The notes under the pieces are model-generated. The model saw nothing but the letters and a program-made list of their open reading frames with translations. It ran no database searches and was not told the DNA's origin. From positions 14,574-46,573 of the forward strand of contig JBEPYO010000001.1 of assembly GCA_041641295.1 (NCBI GenBank): DNA of 32,000 nucleotides, in the 5' to 3' direction. This stretch comes from Nitrososphaerota archaeon (GTDB lineage Archaea; Thermoproteota; Nitrososphaeria_A; Caldarchaeales; Calditenuaceae). Position numbers and translations under genes: made by a program. Each line of letters opens with the position of its first letter. Positions within the stretch are counted from its first letter, which is position 1. Of this stretch, positions 1-8,924 are shown in pieces.

Positions 1-521
1 TTAGCCTTCAAGAACTGGACGGCGAGTGTGCCAATGTTTATCGAGTCATCTATCCCGACTGCCATCCTAATGCGCCTCGCCGCGTTATAGGACCTGATAA
101 AGAGTTCCTTCGAAATCTGACTGTACCTTCCTATGCCATGAAATTTAGCGTCTCTCACCTGTTGTAATATCTGTGGCTCGCCGGGCGCGAGTGAGTCGAG
201 CCCACAAGCCACCTTTATCAGATGTTTTATCGCCTCCCTCCCCTCCATCTTGTAAAACTGGCCGTTGGATACGCCAACTTCTGTGAAAAGTGCCTCGATT
301 CTACGCCGTAACGCGGCCATCTTATCAGAAACCAAATACACCTCAAACCTATTACACGTGGATAGGATGGAAAGGCTGAAGTCGTCGCAGACCATGCCTA
401 AAGCTTGAACAACCTTATCAGGCGTAAGGTTGCTGACAAGCCTTTCCAAGACGTCTAGCGAGCAAGTCCTAAAATTTGACCCTACGAGCAATATCTCCGG
501 CTTAACCCCCTCCAAATCCAT
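1..521 (-). CDS. hemA: Glutamyl-tRNA reductase, N-terminal ~173 aa (partial, continues beyond the left edge; absent from the ORF track)
   Basis: Manual reverse translation from ATG at 521..519 gives MDLEGVKPEILLVGSNFRTCSLDVLERL...LSTCNRFEVYLV...ACGLDSLAPGEPQILQQVRDA... The TCNRxE and GLDSxxxGExQIL motifs are hallmarks of GluTR. No in-frame stop up to the window edge. Confidence 0.8.
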   Translation of the reverse strand, partial: MDLEGVKPEILLVGSNFRTCSLDVLERLVSNLTPDKVVQALGMVCDDFSLSILSTCNRFEVYLVSDKMAALRRRIEALFTEVGVSNGQFYKMEGREAIKHLIKVACGLDSLAPGEPQILQQVRDAKFHGIGRYSQISKELFIRSYNAARRIRMAVGIDDSINIGTLAVQFLKA

Positions 522-714
522 GCTGCATAGGCACTCCAACAGATTCTATATTACTTTTCACTTTCAACAAAAAAACCAGCTATAATTGTGGAATCCACAA
601 ACCAACCCACCATCACCCACACCAATATATAAAATGAGAATTAAAGAACCGGAGGAAAAGAAAAACTATTGGGTTTCACCCATTATATCCCTAAGTACTC
701 TCCCCTTCTAAAAA

Positions 715-955
715 CGCGTTAGAAGTAAGTGCTGATACTCAGGACAAGCGTTCTTCAGTCTATAAGAGAAAGCCCAACGAAACGGTCTACAGCTTCCATA
801 GCTGGAGGATTCTCGAGGTAGTCGGACTGAGCCGTGAGGATAAGGGTAAGGCAGAGTCCAGATACGTCATGTAGCCATGTTTACCCATTTCTGCCAACCC
901 CATCGCTGTGGGGTACGAGCGGCCGTAGCCTGAGGGAAGGCTATTATAACCTTTT
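715..955. ncRNA. Candidate structured non-coding RNA, class and strand unresolved
   Basis: The 488-bp ORF-free gap between hemA and the IOR gene has a GC-richer core. Hairpins read by eye: CAGCT(790-794)/AGCTG(800-804); GGGTAAGGCAGA(844-855)/TCTGCCAACCC(890-900) enclosing CATG(868-871)/CATG(876-879); CCCCA(898-902)/TGGGG(909-913); TAGCCT(926-931)/AGGCTA(938-943). Plus strand: TATA-like ATTATATCC at 682-690 and T-runs at 951-954 and 997-1003. Minus strand: TTATAATAG (complement of 941-949) and T5 (complement of 710-714). Confidence 0.2.
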
Positions 956-1027
956 AAAGCATTTTCGCAACATCCTCATCTATTGGTAGTTTCAGAATTT
1001 TTTTAAACCTCAAGGCAGGAACTATTA

Positions 1028-4000
1028 ATGAATTTGATTATTGATGAAAGATTTCTGAAGGAAAAAGGATATGATGTTTATAATGGAAACGAACTAATAA
1101 TAAAAGGCGCACTGGAAGCCGGCATACAAATAGCATCTGGCTATCCGGGTTCTCCGGTTGCTGAATTTTTCACATTCAGTGAGAAATACGCTGATTGGCT
1201 TATAGAAAATGGATTTTATTGGGAAGCTGCAAAAAACGAAGCCGAAGGGGCAGGTAGGCTTAACGGCGCAAGAATCATCAACAGGGATGCGATGGTTGTA
1301 ATGAAGAGTGTTGGGTTAAATGTTGCTATGGATCCTTTGGAAATTTCTAATTATCAAGCGGCTGCAACTATTGGATGGGGTGGAGTAGTTGTAGTTGGGG
1401 ATGATCCACATGCTTCTAGCACACAGGTTGCTTCGAGCTCAAGATTTCTGCTAAAGAAGCTTAGGATACCAATTTTAGAGCCAAGCACCCCACAAGAAGT
1501 GAAAGATTACGTTGGAGAAGCATTGGAATTATCACGGTCATCGCAGTTAATAGCCGGATGCATCATCCAATCATGGCAAGCTGATGGAATAGGGTCGGTC
1601 GAACTCTATAAAAACAAATACCCGCCTCGAGGTAAAGAAAGGATTGATATAAGCAAAATAAACGTAGAAAAGGAAGTAAGCCTCCCCCCAGTGACGGCAG
1701 AATTAGAAAGAGATATTGTCTTGAGGCGTCTTCAAGCTACAATACGTCATGCAAGAGCGAGGACTTTGAATAAAATACTTTATTCGAATGGTGGGAAAAG
1801 TAAAATTGGATTCGTCACCTCTGGATTGGCCTATTGCTATCTAGAACAAGCGTTGCATGAGCTTGGGGTGAGTTGGAGATTCCCTATTCTTAAATTGGGG
1901 CTAGTATACCCGCTTGATGAAATTCTGGTTAAAGATTTTGCGAGACAGGTTGAAAACATTTACGTGGTGGAGGAGAAAGAGCCTTTCATAGAGTCTGAGA
2001 TCTCTTTGATTCTGAAGAATGCATATCAAAACAGAGAAATCGGATATGTTAATGTCTGGGGGAAAAGATTCCCTAACGATAGGGAGGGCTTCCCTGAGCA
2101 TGGTGGCCTGAGTCCTACTGATGTGATCAGGACAATAGGCGAAGAACTACTCATAGTGTTAGATAATCTGTCACATGAGGAGAGAAGGAGGATAAAAGAG
2201 GTGCTCAATCTTGTCGACGGCGCGAGCAAATACGTATTACAGGCGCCGAGGAGGATTCCTAGCTATTGTGCCGGCTGCCCGCATAGGGGAACTAATAGCG
2301 TTCTTAAATATCTGAGGAAGTATCCTGATAACGATTTCCTCACAATACCAGACATTGGATGCTACTCGATGTCGGCTTTTACTCCTTGGAGGGAGGCCCA
2401 CGCCTTCAACGCGATGGGTCGCGCAGGGGCTTCTGCATATTCGATGGGGCTGGTCGAGAATAAGAAAGTGCTTCTCATGGGTGATGGAACCTTCCTGCAT
2501 GGCGGATACGTATCTGTCCAGGAAGCAATAGACAAGAATCTAGACGCCATCATTGTAATATTATATAACCACTATGTTGCTATGACAGGTCATCAAAAAG
2601 TCCAGATCAGAGATGCAAAAGAGTTGGAGGAAAAAATCAAAGCCATGAGCAGAGGCAAGGATGTTTACATCAGGATAATAGATCCAAATGATAGGCGAGG
2701 CTACATCGAGGAGTTGAAAAAGCTTATGAGTAAGAGAGGCACAGCCGTATTGATTTCTGATAAAGAATGCGGCATAACAAGGGAGAGGAGAAGGAGGGCT
2801 GAGAGGGCTGGAAGACCCAAGACGGAATTCATAAACATAACTAACGAAGTCTGTGAGAACTGTAGGGAGTGCACCATTAACACGGGCTGCCCAGGGCTAA
2901 CCCTTGTCAATACACCTTACGGCGAGAAAGTCGCGATAGACATGTCCGTATGTACCGAAGACGAGTATTGTGCGAAAATAGAGGCTTGCCCCTCATTCGA
3001 GAAGGTTAGAGTAGTCTATGCAGGAGGGAAACCGCAAGAGAGATTGCGTGATGCAGATCTGGATGACGTGCCGGAACCTGATGAAAAGGTGGAGTTTAAC
3101 GATACTTACTCCATATACACCGGGGCTATTGGTGGTATGGGTGGAGGGCTGCTCTCTGTCATTTTAGCCCGTGCAGGTGCGAAGAGCGGCTATAATATTG
3201 GTGGGTGGATAGGCCACGATAAGAAGGGTCTGGCTCAAAGAAATGGCGGGGTGTATAGTCATATAATGTTTACCAAAAACAATAATAGATTATCCCCTGT
3301 TATTGTATCTGGCAAGGCAGATCTGATAATCGGGCTTGATAAGCTGGAAGGCTTAAGGGGGTTGAAGTATGCAAATGCTAATACGAGATTTGTTTCGAAT
3401 CAAACAGAACTACCAACCATCCCTATGCTTGTTGGAGGTGAGGAGTATCCACACGATATAGACGATAAAATTAGAAGCAGGCTTGGTTTAGATAAATATT
3501 TTGGCCTACCAATTTCAGAGCTTGCTGAGTTCTACCTCGGAAGTAAACTATTCTCAAATATAGTCATGCTGGGTGTCTGCTACCAGCTAGGCTTATTACC
3601 ACTGGACTCTAAAGATATTGAGGCCGCAATAATAGAGTCTGTTAAGTTTGAGAAAGAAAAGAATTTGAGAGCATTTAGGTTCGGGAGGAAGCTTGTCCAT
3701 GACAAGAATTTCTTGGAGAGGTTGATGAATAACCCTGATTTCTTGAGAATATACCATGAAGACATCTGGTTTTCAAGAAAGTCGTTAGAAGAGGTGCTGT
3801 CTGAGAAAAAGTCGTATCTAAAGGATTACTATTTGATAAAGTCGAGAGGTGTGAAAATTGCAGACATGTATGAGAAGCTAGTAAGAGATTTTATGATCGA
3901 TAAAAAGTTGGATGAGGATACCCTGAAACATCTTGCAATACGGGTTTACGACTTGATCAGGTGGGGCGGTATAGACTATGCTAAGAAATACATTGATCTG

Positions 4001-4669
4001 GTCTCCAAGGTTTATTATAAAGACAGGGAGGAAAAAGGATTTGCGGCTACCATAGCAGTCATAGAAAATTTGTACAAAGTAATGGCTATAAAGGATGAGT
4101 TGTGGGTTTCCGAGCTACTACTAAGTAGAGAGAAGCTTGAAAGAGACAGGATTAGATATAACGTGAACGTGGAGAGAGGTGATAGAATTGAATACATCCA
4201 TTTGACAGAGCCTCAGATAGTTATCAGAGTGGGAAGACGTTTGGGGAAGATTATAAGTTTCTTGAAAAGACATTCGCCTAATTTGGCGAACAGAAAGGTT
4301 GAATTGGATGTCGAAAATGGCGTGCTCAAAATCAAATTTGTTATGAATACTAGAAACTGGCAGTTAAGAATTGTTAGAAGGATGAAGTTTCTCCGGAAAT
4401 ATTTGTTTAGACATAGAAAGGAAGAAGAATTCAGGGACTGGTACATTGAAAGAGTCATAAACTACTTCCTCGAAAACTCTGAACAGAATTATGGGCTCGC
4501 AGTAGAGTTTCTAAAGATGCCCCTTGGTTTAAATGTTCCGGGACGTGCTAAGGGAGTCACCGGCTTCAGGGAGGTCATATATCCTAAAATGGATCTGGCG
4601 AGAAGGACTTTTGAGAACCTGACTTCTTCCCACCTTATTTCCGAATTGGAGTCTTTAGGCAAGAAGTAA
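1028..4669 (+). CDS. Fused indolepyruvate:ferredoxin oxidoreductase-family protein (IorA-like TPP/Fe-S part + IorB-like part + long C-terminal extension), 1213 aa
   Basis: N-terminus GNELIIKGALEAGIQIASGYPGSPVAEFF is IorA-like. TPP-binding GDGTFLHGG. Two ferredoxin Cys clusters, CENCRECTINTGCP and CTEDEYCAKIEACP. IorB-like glycine loop IYTGAIGGMGGG. About 450 further residues resemble the C-terminal extension of the long bacterial-type IOR family. Confidence 0.8.
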   Translation: MNLIIDERFLKEKGYDVYNGNELIIKGALEAGIQIASGYPGSPVAEFFTFSEKYADWLIENGFYWEAAKNEAEGAGRLNGARIINRDAMVVMKSVGLNVAMDPLEISNYQAAATIGWGGVVVVGDDPHASSTQVASSSRFLLKKLRIPILEPSTPQEVKDYVGEALELSRSSQLIAGCIIQSWQADGIGSVELYKNKYPPRGKERIDISKINVEKEVSLPPVTAELERDIVLRRLQATIRHARARTLNKILYSNGGKSKIGFVTSGLAYCYLEQALHELGVSWRFPILKLGLVYPLDEILVKDFARQVENIYVVEEKEPFIESEISLILKNAYQNREIGYVNVWGKRFPNDREGFPEHGGLSPTDVIRTIGEELLIVLDNLSHEERRRIKEVLNLVDGASKYVLQAPRRIPSYCAGCPHRGTNSVLKYLRKYPDNDFLTIPDIGCYSMSAFTPWREAHAFNAMGRAGASAYSMGLVENKKVLLMGDGTFLHGGYVSVQEAIDKNLDAIIVILYNHYVAMTGHQKVQIRDAKELEEKIKAMSRGKDVYIRIIDPNDRRGYIEELKKLMSKRGTAVLISDKECGITRERRRRAERAGRPKTEFINITNEVCENCRECTINTGCPGLTLVNTPYGEKVAIDMSVCTEDEYCAKIEACPSFEKVRVVYAGGKPQERLRDADLDDVPEPDEKVEFNDTYSIYTGAIGGMGGGLLSVILARAGAKSGYNIGGWIGHDKKGLAQRNGGVYSHIMFTKNNNRLSPVIVSGKADLIIGLDKLEGLRGLKYANANTRFVSNQTELPTIPMLVGGEEYPHDIDDKIRSRLGLDKYFGLPISELAEFYLGSKLFSNIVMLGVCYQLGLLPLDSKDIEAAIIESVKFEKEKNLRAFRFGRKLVHDKNFLERLMNNPDFLRIYHEDIWFSRKSLEEVLSEKKSYLKDYYLIKSRGVKIADMYEKLVRDFMIDKKLDEDTLKHLAIRVYDLIRWGGIDYAKKYIDLVSKVYYKDREEKGFAATIAVIENLYKVMAIKDELWVSELLLSREKLERDRIRYNVNVERGDRIEYIHLTEPQIVIRVGRRLGKIISFLKRHSPNLANRKVELDVENGVLKIKFVMNTRNWQLRIVRRMKFLRKYLFRHRKEEEFRDWYIERVINYFLENSEQNYGLAVEFLKMPLGLNVPGRAKGVTGFREVIYPKMDLARRTFENLTSSHLISELESLGKK

Positions 4670-4710
4670 TAAAGTATTCCTCCTCCAGCTAAGTGAGGGA
4701 AATGTGCTTA

Positions 4711-4788
4711 TGGCGGGCCCGCTGGGACTCGAACCCAGGACTTCCGGCTCCGGAGGCCGGCGCCCTATCCATGCTAGGCCACGGGCCC
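4711..4788 (-). tRNA. tRNA-Arg (anticodon CCG), genomically encoded CCA
   Basis: The reverse complement folds as a cloverleaf: GGGCCCG TG GCCT AGCATGGATA GGGC G CCGGC CTCCGGA GCCGG AAGTC CTGGG TTCGAGT CCCAG CGGGCCC G CCA. Confidence 0.9.
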
Positions 4789-5541
4789 CTTACTCAAATC
4801 TTTCCTAATTTCCCTCATATAGTTAAGCATGATATCGGGGTGGTCTGTTGTGATGGTGTCGACGCCCATCTCGGCTAGTTTTGCAGCCTCTTCTACCTCG
4901 TTTATGGTCCATGCACCGATTGATAATAGCCTTTTATGGGCATAGGTTACGACTTCCCGGCTCACGTGCCCGCGGTATAGGGCGAGGGCGTTGGCTCTAC
5001 ATGCTAACGCCCAGTGGATTGGTAGTCCTTTCTTAACGTCTTCTGCATCCCTTAGCCACCCCACTATTAGGCTTCTCCCTACCCTCGGCTCTAAGGAGTA
5101 GGTGTTCTTGATTACCTCCGTGTGGAAGCTTGTGATCAAAACCCAGTCTAGGGCTCCGCATTCTTTGATGACTTTTAGGACCGCCTCCTCTTCACCCGGC
5201 TCCTTCACCTCGACGTGTAGTACGACTCTTCCCACTGTCTCGGCTAACACCTCGTCCAGCCTGGGGACAGGCTCACCCCTGAACTCCTCACCCTTCCAGG
5301 AGCCTGCATCCAGCCTCCTTATCTCGGGCCAGGTCAAGTCCCTAACCCTTCCCCTACCGTTCGTCGTCCTTTCAACCCTCTCGTCATGCATCAAGACAAC
5401 CACGCCATCACTGGTGGTCCGCGCATCCACCTCAATACCGTCAACTCCCAACCTCAATGCCTCCTTTACAGCCCTCAGAGTGTTCTCGGGGAACTTGCCA
5501 GAGAATCCTCTATGCGCCGTGATGAGGGGTTTATGGGGCAT
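4774..5541 (-). CDS. Glycerophosphodiester phosphodiesterase (GDPD family)
   Basis: ITAHRGFSGKFPENTLRAVKEALRLGVDGIEVDARTTSDGVVVLMHDERVERTTNGRG is the canonical GDPD N-terminal catalytic region (HRG...PENT...E.D...HD). The last 15 nt overlap the 5' end of tRNA-Arg. Confidence 0.85.
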   Translation of the reverse strand: MPHKPLITAHRGFSGKFPENTLRAVKEALRLGVDGIEVDARTTSDGVVVLMHDERVERTTNGRGRVRDLTWPEIRRLDAGSWKGEEFRGEPVPRLDEVLAETVGRVVLHVEVKEPGEEEAVLKVIKECGALDWVLITSFHTEVIKNTYSLEPRVGRSLIVGWLRDAEDVKKGLPIHWALACRANALALYRGHVSREVVTYAHKRLLSIGAWTINEVEEAAKLAEMGVDTITTDHPDIMLNYMREIRKDLSKGPVA

Positions 5542-5612
5542 GTCTCAAGCCTCTGACACTTTTCTCAAGCTTTTAGGCTTTCCCGCCCCACAAGCTAGGT
5601 TGCTGCCTAGGT

Positions 5613-6347
5613 CTAATCGATGAGGAGGAGTTCTGGCCTTGAGTTTATTCTGGGTTGAAGGCGCATTTGTCCAATGCCTCTGGAGACGTAGAGCATGGCT
5701 CCGCTTGGGAGATGATAGGTTCCACGTGTATATTTTGAGTTGGAGTAGATTGTCATGCCGAATAAATTTAAGCCCCCGTGAGTGTGGCCTGCTAAGACTA
5801 GCGAGTCTGCCTCAACGCTGTCGGCCGCGTTGGGGTCGTGGGCGACTACAAGCCCTTCAAACTTTATGCGGGGATAGGACCTATTTTCACTCCAGTCATA
5901 GCCGTAGAGCCTGCCGACTGAGGTCTCTGTAAACTCGTTGAATAATGTTTTATAGCCGTGCTTCTTCAAAAGGTTGGCTACCCTACCTGCATGGTCGCTC
6001 CAGTACTCATGGTTGCCTAGGACAGCAATGCTCTCCCGGCAGTAGATCTCCCTAAGTAGCCTCTCAAACCCCTCGAAATCGCTTGTCTCCTCGTCAACCA
6101 TATCACCTCCCAAGACTATGATGTCGGGCTCAGCCCTTCTTATCGCATCCATCGCCGCCTCGACGTGTTTTTCCCCGCTAACGTGGAAGTGCAGGTCTGG
6201 GACAAAAGCGAGTCTTACCCCTAGCCCAACCTCTATGCGCGTAACCTCTAGCTCGTTGCTGAGCTGCGGGGTTGAGGAGGCGACTGCCCCGACCGCGACT
6301 CCGAGGATGGCTACGCCTATGAAACCTCTCCTGGATAGGCGGCGCAT
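5613..6347 (-). CDS. Metallophosphoesterase (calcineurin-like) with a twin-arginine signal peptide
   Basis: MRRLSRRGFIGVAILGVAVGA is Tat-like. Phosphoesterase motifs are present in order: VPDLHFH, GGDMVDE, GNHEY, GHTHGG. Confidence 0.75.
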   Translation of the reverse strand: MRRLSRRGFIGVAILGVAVGAVASSTPQLSNELEVTRIEVGLGVRLAFVPDLHFHVSGEKHVEAAMDAIRRAEPDIIVLGGDMVDEETSDFEGFERLLREIYCRESIAVLGNHEYWSDHAGRVANLLKKHGYKTLFNEFTETSVGRLYGYDWSENRSYPRIKFEGLVVAHDPNAADSVEADSLVLAGHTHGGLNLFGMTIYSNSKYTRGTYHLPSGAMLYVSRGIGQMRLQPRINSRPELLLID

Positions 6348-6353
6348 GAGGGG

Positions 6354-7850
6354 CTAGCCTTTGACGACGCCTATAGGAACTAGTCTCGCAACTTTTGAGC
6401 TGATGCCCACGTTATGTGCTACTTCGACAACGTCGTCGGGATTCTTGTAGGCCTCCGGGACCTCTTCGACGATTGTGTCAATTGTGTCGCCCTTGACATA
6501 TATTCCCCTACTCTCTAGGGCGCGGACCACCTGATCGCCCCGATACTGCCTCTTCGCACCAGCCCTGCTCATCTGTCTCCCAGCACCGTGCACTGTGCTT
6601 CCGAAAGTTAAGTCAAGCGAGCCCGGCATACCCCGTAGTACCCAGCTTGCAGTCCCCATACTCCCTGGAACAAAGACGGGCTGCCCCAGGCCTCTATAGG
6701 TTTCAGGAATCATTTCGGAGTAGTATGTCACGCCGCCTGGGAAGCTTCTCGTTGCTCCCTTCCTGTGGACGAAGACGTCTCTGGTTTCGCCGTCGATCTT
6801 GTGTCTCTCAAGCTTTACAATGTTGTGGCAGACATCGTATACTATTCTCAGATCCATCTCCTCGGCCGGTCTCTTGAAGACCTGCTCAAAGCTCTGTCTA
6901 ACCCAGTGGCTTATCGCCTGCCTGTTGGCGAATGCGAAGTTGACTGCACATCCAAAGGCCTTGAGGTATTGGGAGGCCTCTGGGCTGCTGGCTGGGGTGC
7001 AGGCCAGCTCCCTGTCGGGGAGCCTGATGTTATACTTGTGGACAGCCCTCTCCATGACCTTAAGGTAGTCGCTGCATATCTGGTGCCCGTAGCCACGGCT
7101 TCCACAGTGTATAAGGATTGTTATCTGGCCCTCGGTGAAGATCCCCATGGCCTTAGCAGCCTCTCTGTCAAAAATCTTGTCAACCTTCTGGATCTCGAGG
7201 AAGTGGTTTCCACTTCCAAGCGTGCCTATCTGAGACTCTCCCCTGCTCTTGGCCTCTCGAGAGACGACAGAGGGATCTGGGTCGGGTATGTTTCCTGTAC
7301 GATACCTCGGGTATTTTCCCTCCTCCTCGATGTGTTTATAGTCTTCGTGCCATCCGAGGCCGTATCTCTCAACTACATACCTCGCCCCCTCAACAGCGAT
7401 TCTGTCTAGGTCTGAGTGGGTGACTACGAAGTCCCTCCTCCGCGAACCCAGCCCAGCGGGGACGTTTGCGAAAATGGTGTTGATAAGCTCGACGATCTTC
7501 GGCCTGACATCCTTCTCCGTGAGGTTTGTCACCATGAGCCTGACGCCGCAGTTAATATCATAGCCAACTCCGCCCGGCGATATCACTCCCTCCACCGCAT
7601 CCATGGCCGCTACACCGCCTATGGGGAATCCATACCCCTCGTGGGCGTCGGGAAGCACAGCGACATGCTTTTGGACGCCTGGCAAGGTTGCTACGTTCAC
7701 TCCTTGGAGAAGCGTCCGGTCGGTCTGCATCTTCTGGAGCAGCTTCTCTGAAGCGAAAACGTAAACAGGCACCCTCATGTCGCTCCTATATTCCCTAGGA
7801 ATAAGCCAAATGTCCTCAGCCACCCTTTGGAGAGGTATGCGGGCACTCAT
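6354..7850 (-). CDS. rtcB: RNA-splicing ligase RtcB (3'-phosphate/5'-hydroxyl RNA ligase)
   Basis: 498 aa with GYDINCGVR, GSGNHFLE, HCGSRGYGHQ, HRKGATR and a PGSMGT-type region. Full-length RtcB architecture with no intein-sized insertion. Confidence 0.95.
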   Translation of the reverse strand: MSARIPLQRVAEDIWLIPREYRSDMRVPVYVFASEKLLQKMQTDRTLLQGVNVATLPGVQKHVAVLPDAHEGYGFPIGGVAAMDAVEGVISPGGVGYDINCGVRLMVTNLTEKDVRPKIVELINTIFANVPAGLGSRRRDFVVTHSDLDRIAVEGARYVVERYGLGWHEDYKHIEEEGKYPRYRTGNIPDPDPSVVSREAKSRGESQIGTLGSGNHFLEIQKVDKIFDREAAKAMGIFTEGQITILIHCGSRGYGHQICSDYLKVMERAVHKYNIRLPDRELACTPASSPEASQYLKAFGCAVNFAFANRQAISHWVRQSFEQVFKRPAEEMDLRIVYDVCHNIVKLERHKIDGETRDVFVHRKGATRSFPGGVTYYSEMIPETYRGLGQPVFVPGSMGTASWVLRGMPGSLDLTFGSTVHGAGRQMSRAGAKRQYRGDQVVRALESRGIYVKGDTIDTIVEEVPEAYKNPDDVVEVAHNVGISSKVARLVPIGVVKG

Positions 7851-7978
7851 TTTAGAATCCTGAGTAAAAAGCTAGGTTGTTTTATTTAAGTTGGAATTCT
7901 TGACACGGCTGTCTCCGGCGATTCTATATAGTCTATATATAAGAAAATAGGATATATCTCACCCAATAGTCTATTTAC

Positions 7979-8683
7979 ATGATGGCCACGTCCCAGTCTG
8001 AACTAACAATATCCTTGGCAGGGGTTCTCGCAGGATTCTTACAAGAATTTGTTGGACTGGGCTGGAGCAGCATAGTACTTAGGACGCTACTCTTAACGGG
8101 TGAAAGTCCTGGGAAGGTACTCTCAACTACCCTCCTCTCAGATATTCTTCTTAATTTGGGTGGAAAAATATACACCACGAATAAGACAGTGGAGAAAGGC
8201 TCCTCAAAAGATGCTTCATTATTCTCAGGACTGAAACTATCAACTACCCTGCTTGCTAGTATAGCGGCCATGGGCTATATAGAGACTCCATATGAGAAGC
8301 ACTTGTTGGTCGCGCTGAACCTGATTCTCGCCTCTCTACTTGCCATACGCTGGAAGGTAGATGATAGGGATGTCTCGTCCGAATCACAGAAATCCTTTCC
8401 ACATGCCTCGGACAGAAGTAGTTGGCGGCTGAACCTGTATCCTATTCTGAATCAGCACTCAAGACTTTTACACCTATCGACCCTCCTGCCCAAAGTACTC
8501 GTCCTCGGACTTTTTGTACCACTACATGATGCTAACATGCTCTATGCTCTTTTCCTGACCGCACCTGCACTGCCAGCGCTCTACATTGCAAGGCGAATAA
8601 GAAGCAGGATTGGCGAATCGGTGATGGGCAGGCTGGAGGCAACGGTCTTTGCCCTTAAAGGTTTGACCACCTTCATAACATAG
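7979..8683 (+). CDS. Hypothetical multi-pass membrane protein (weak TauE/SafE-like resemblance)
   Basis: Several hydrophobic segments. The N-terminal LAGVLAGFLQEFVGLGWSSIVLRTLLL loosely resembles the TauE/SafE GFxxGxxGxGGG helix. No stronger motif seen. Confidence 0.3.
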   Translation: MMATSQSELTISLAGVLAGFLQEFVGLGWSSIVLRTLLLTGESPGKVLSTTLLSDILLNLGGKIYTTNKTVEKGSSKDASLFSGLKLSTTLLASIAAMGYIETPYEKHLLVALNLILASLLAIRWKVDDRDVSSESQKSFPHASDRSSWRLNLYPILNQHSRLLHLSTLLPKVLVLGLFVPLHDANMLYALFLTAPALPALYIARRIRSRIGESVMGRLEATVFALKGLTTFIT

Positions 8684-8729
8684 CTTTACACCCTGTATAA
8701 TGGATGGGCTGGCCCACGCTTTATCAAGC

Positions 8730-8738
8730 ATAAATATT
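8730..8738 (+). promoter_or_regulatory. TATA-like box for the uS14 gene
   Basis: ATAAATATT is centred ~26 nt upstream of the GTG at 8760, which fits a leaderless archaeal transcript. Confidence 0.4.
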
Positions 8739-8759
8739 GCCAAATGTCATCTTTTGGCT

Positions 8760-8924
8760 GTGGCGAAGATTCGGCCGCCGAAGAAGCGGAAGTTCGGTAA
8801 GGGTGTGGCAACCTGTAGGCGTTGTGGCACCAGCGTAGGCGTGATCAGGAAGTATAAACTCTACATCTGTAGGCGCTGCATAAACGAGGTCGGGCCACTA
8901 CTGGGGTTCAAAGTCTATAACTAG
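8760..8924 (+). CDS. rps14: 30S ribosomal protein uS14 (zinc-ribbon type, 54 aa); start corrected to an in-frame GTG
   Basis: From GTG 8760: MAKIRPPKKRKFGKGVATCRRCGTSVGVIRKYKLYICRRCINEVGPLLGFKVYN. This matches the archaeal uS14 pattern (KPPK..KFGKG..C..CG....I.KY.L..CR.CF.E....LGF.K). The track ORF (8700) adds 20 non-conserved residues. Confidence 0.85.
   Translation: MAKIRPPKKRKFGKGVATCRRCGTSVGVIRKYKLYICRRCINEVGPLLGFKVYN

Noticed and set aside
715-955. Assignment of the structured spacer to RNase P RNA or SRP RNA
   Set aside because: I could not find the conserved P4 strands (GGAAAGUCC-like and ACAGAA..GGCUUA-like in the correct order) or the SRP helix-8 GGAAG.AGC-type motif on either strand. 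No C/D-box (RUGAUGA/CUGA) arrangement is present either.
540-4788. Integrated mobile element at tRNA-Arg carrying the AT-rich IOR gene
   Set aside because: No integrase or transposase ORF is present, and I found no direct repeat of the tRNA 3' half at the far boundary. The best resemblance, GGACTGAGCC near 826-835 against GGACTCGAACC, is too weak. It is kept only as a compositional HGT suspicion.
4693-4878. 61-aa plus-strand ORF from the track
   Set aside because: It is antisense to tRNA-Arg and to the 3' end of the phosphodiesterase gene. Its sequence is simply the tRNA complement read as protein.
5102-7409. Several plus-strand ORFs (5102-5623, 5639-5932, 6118-6357, 6765-7409 and others)
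   Set aside because: All are antisense shadows of well-supported minus-strand genes (GDPD, metallophosphoesterase, RtcB) in a GC3-rich region, where long antisense ORFs arise by chance.
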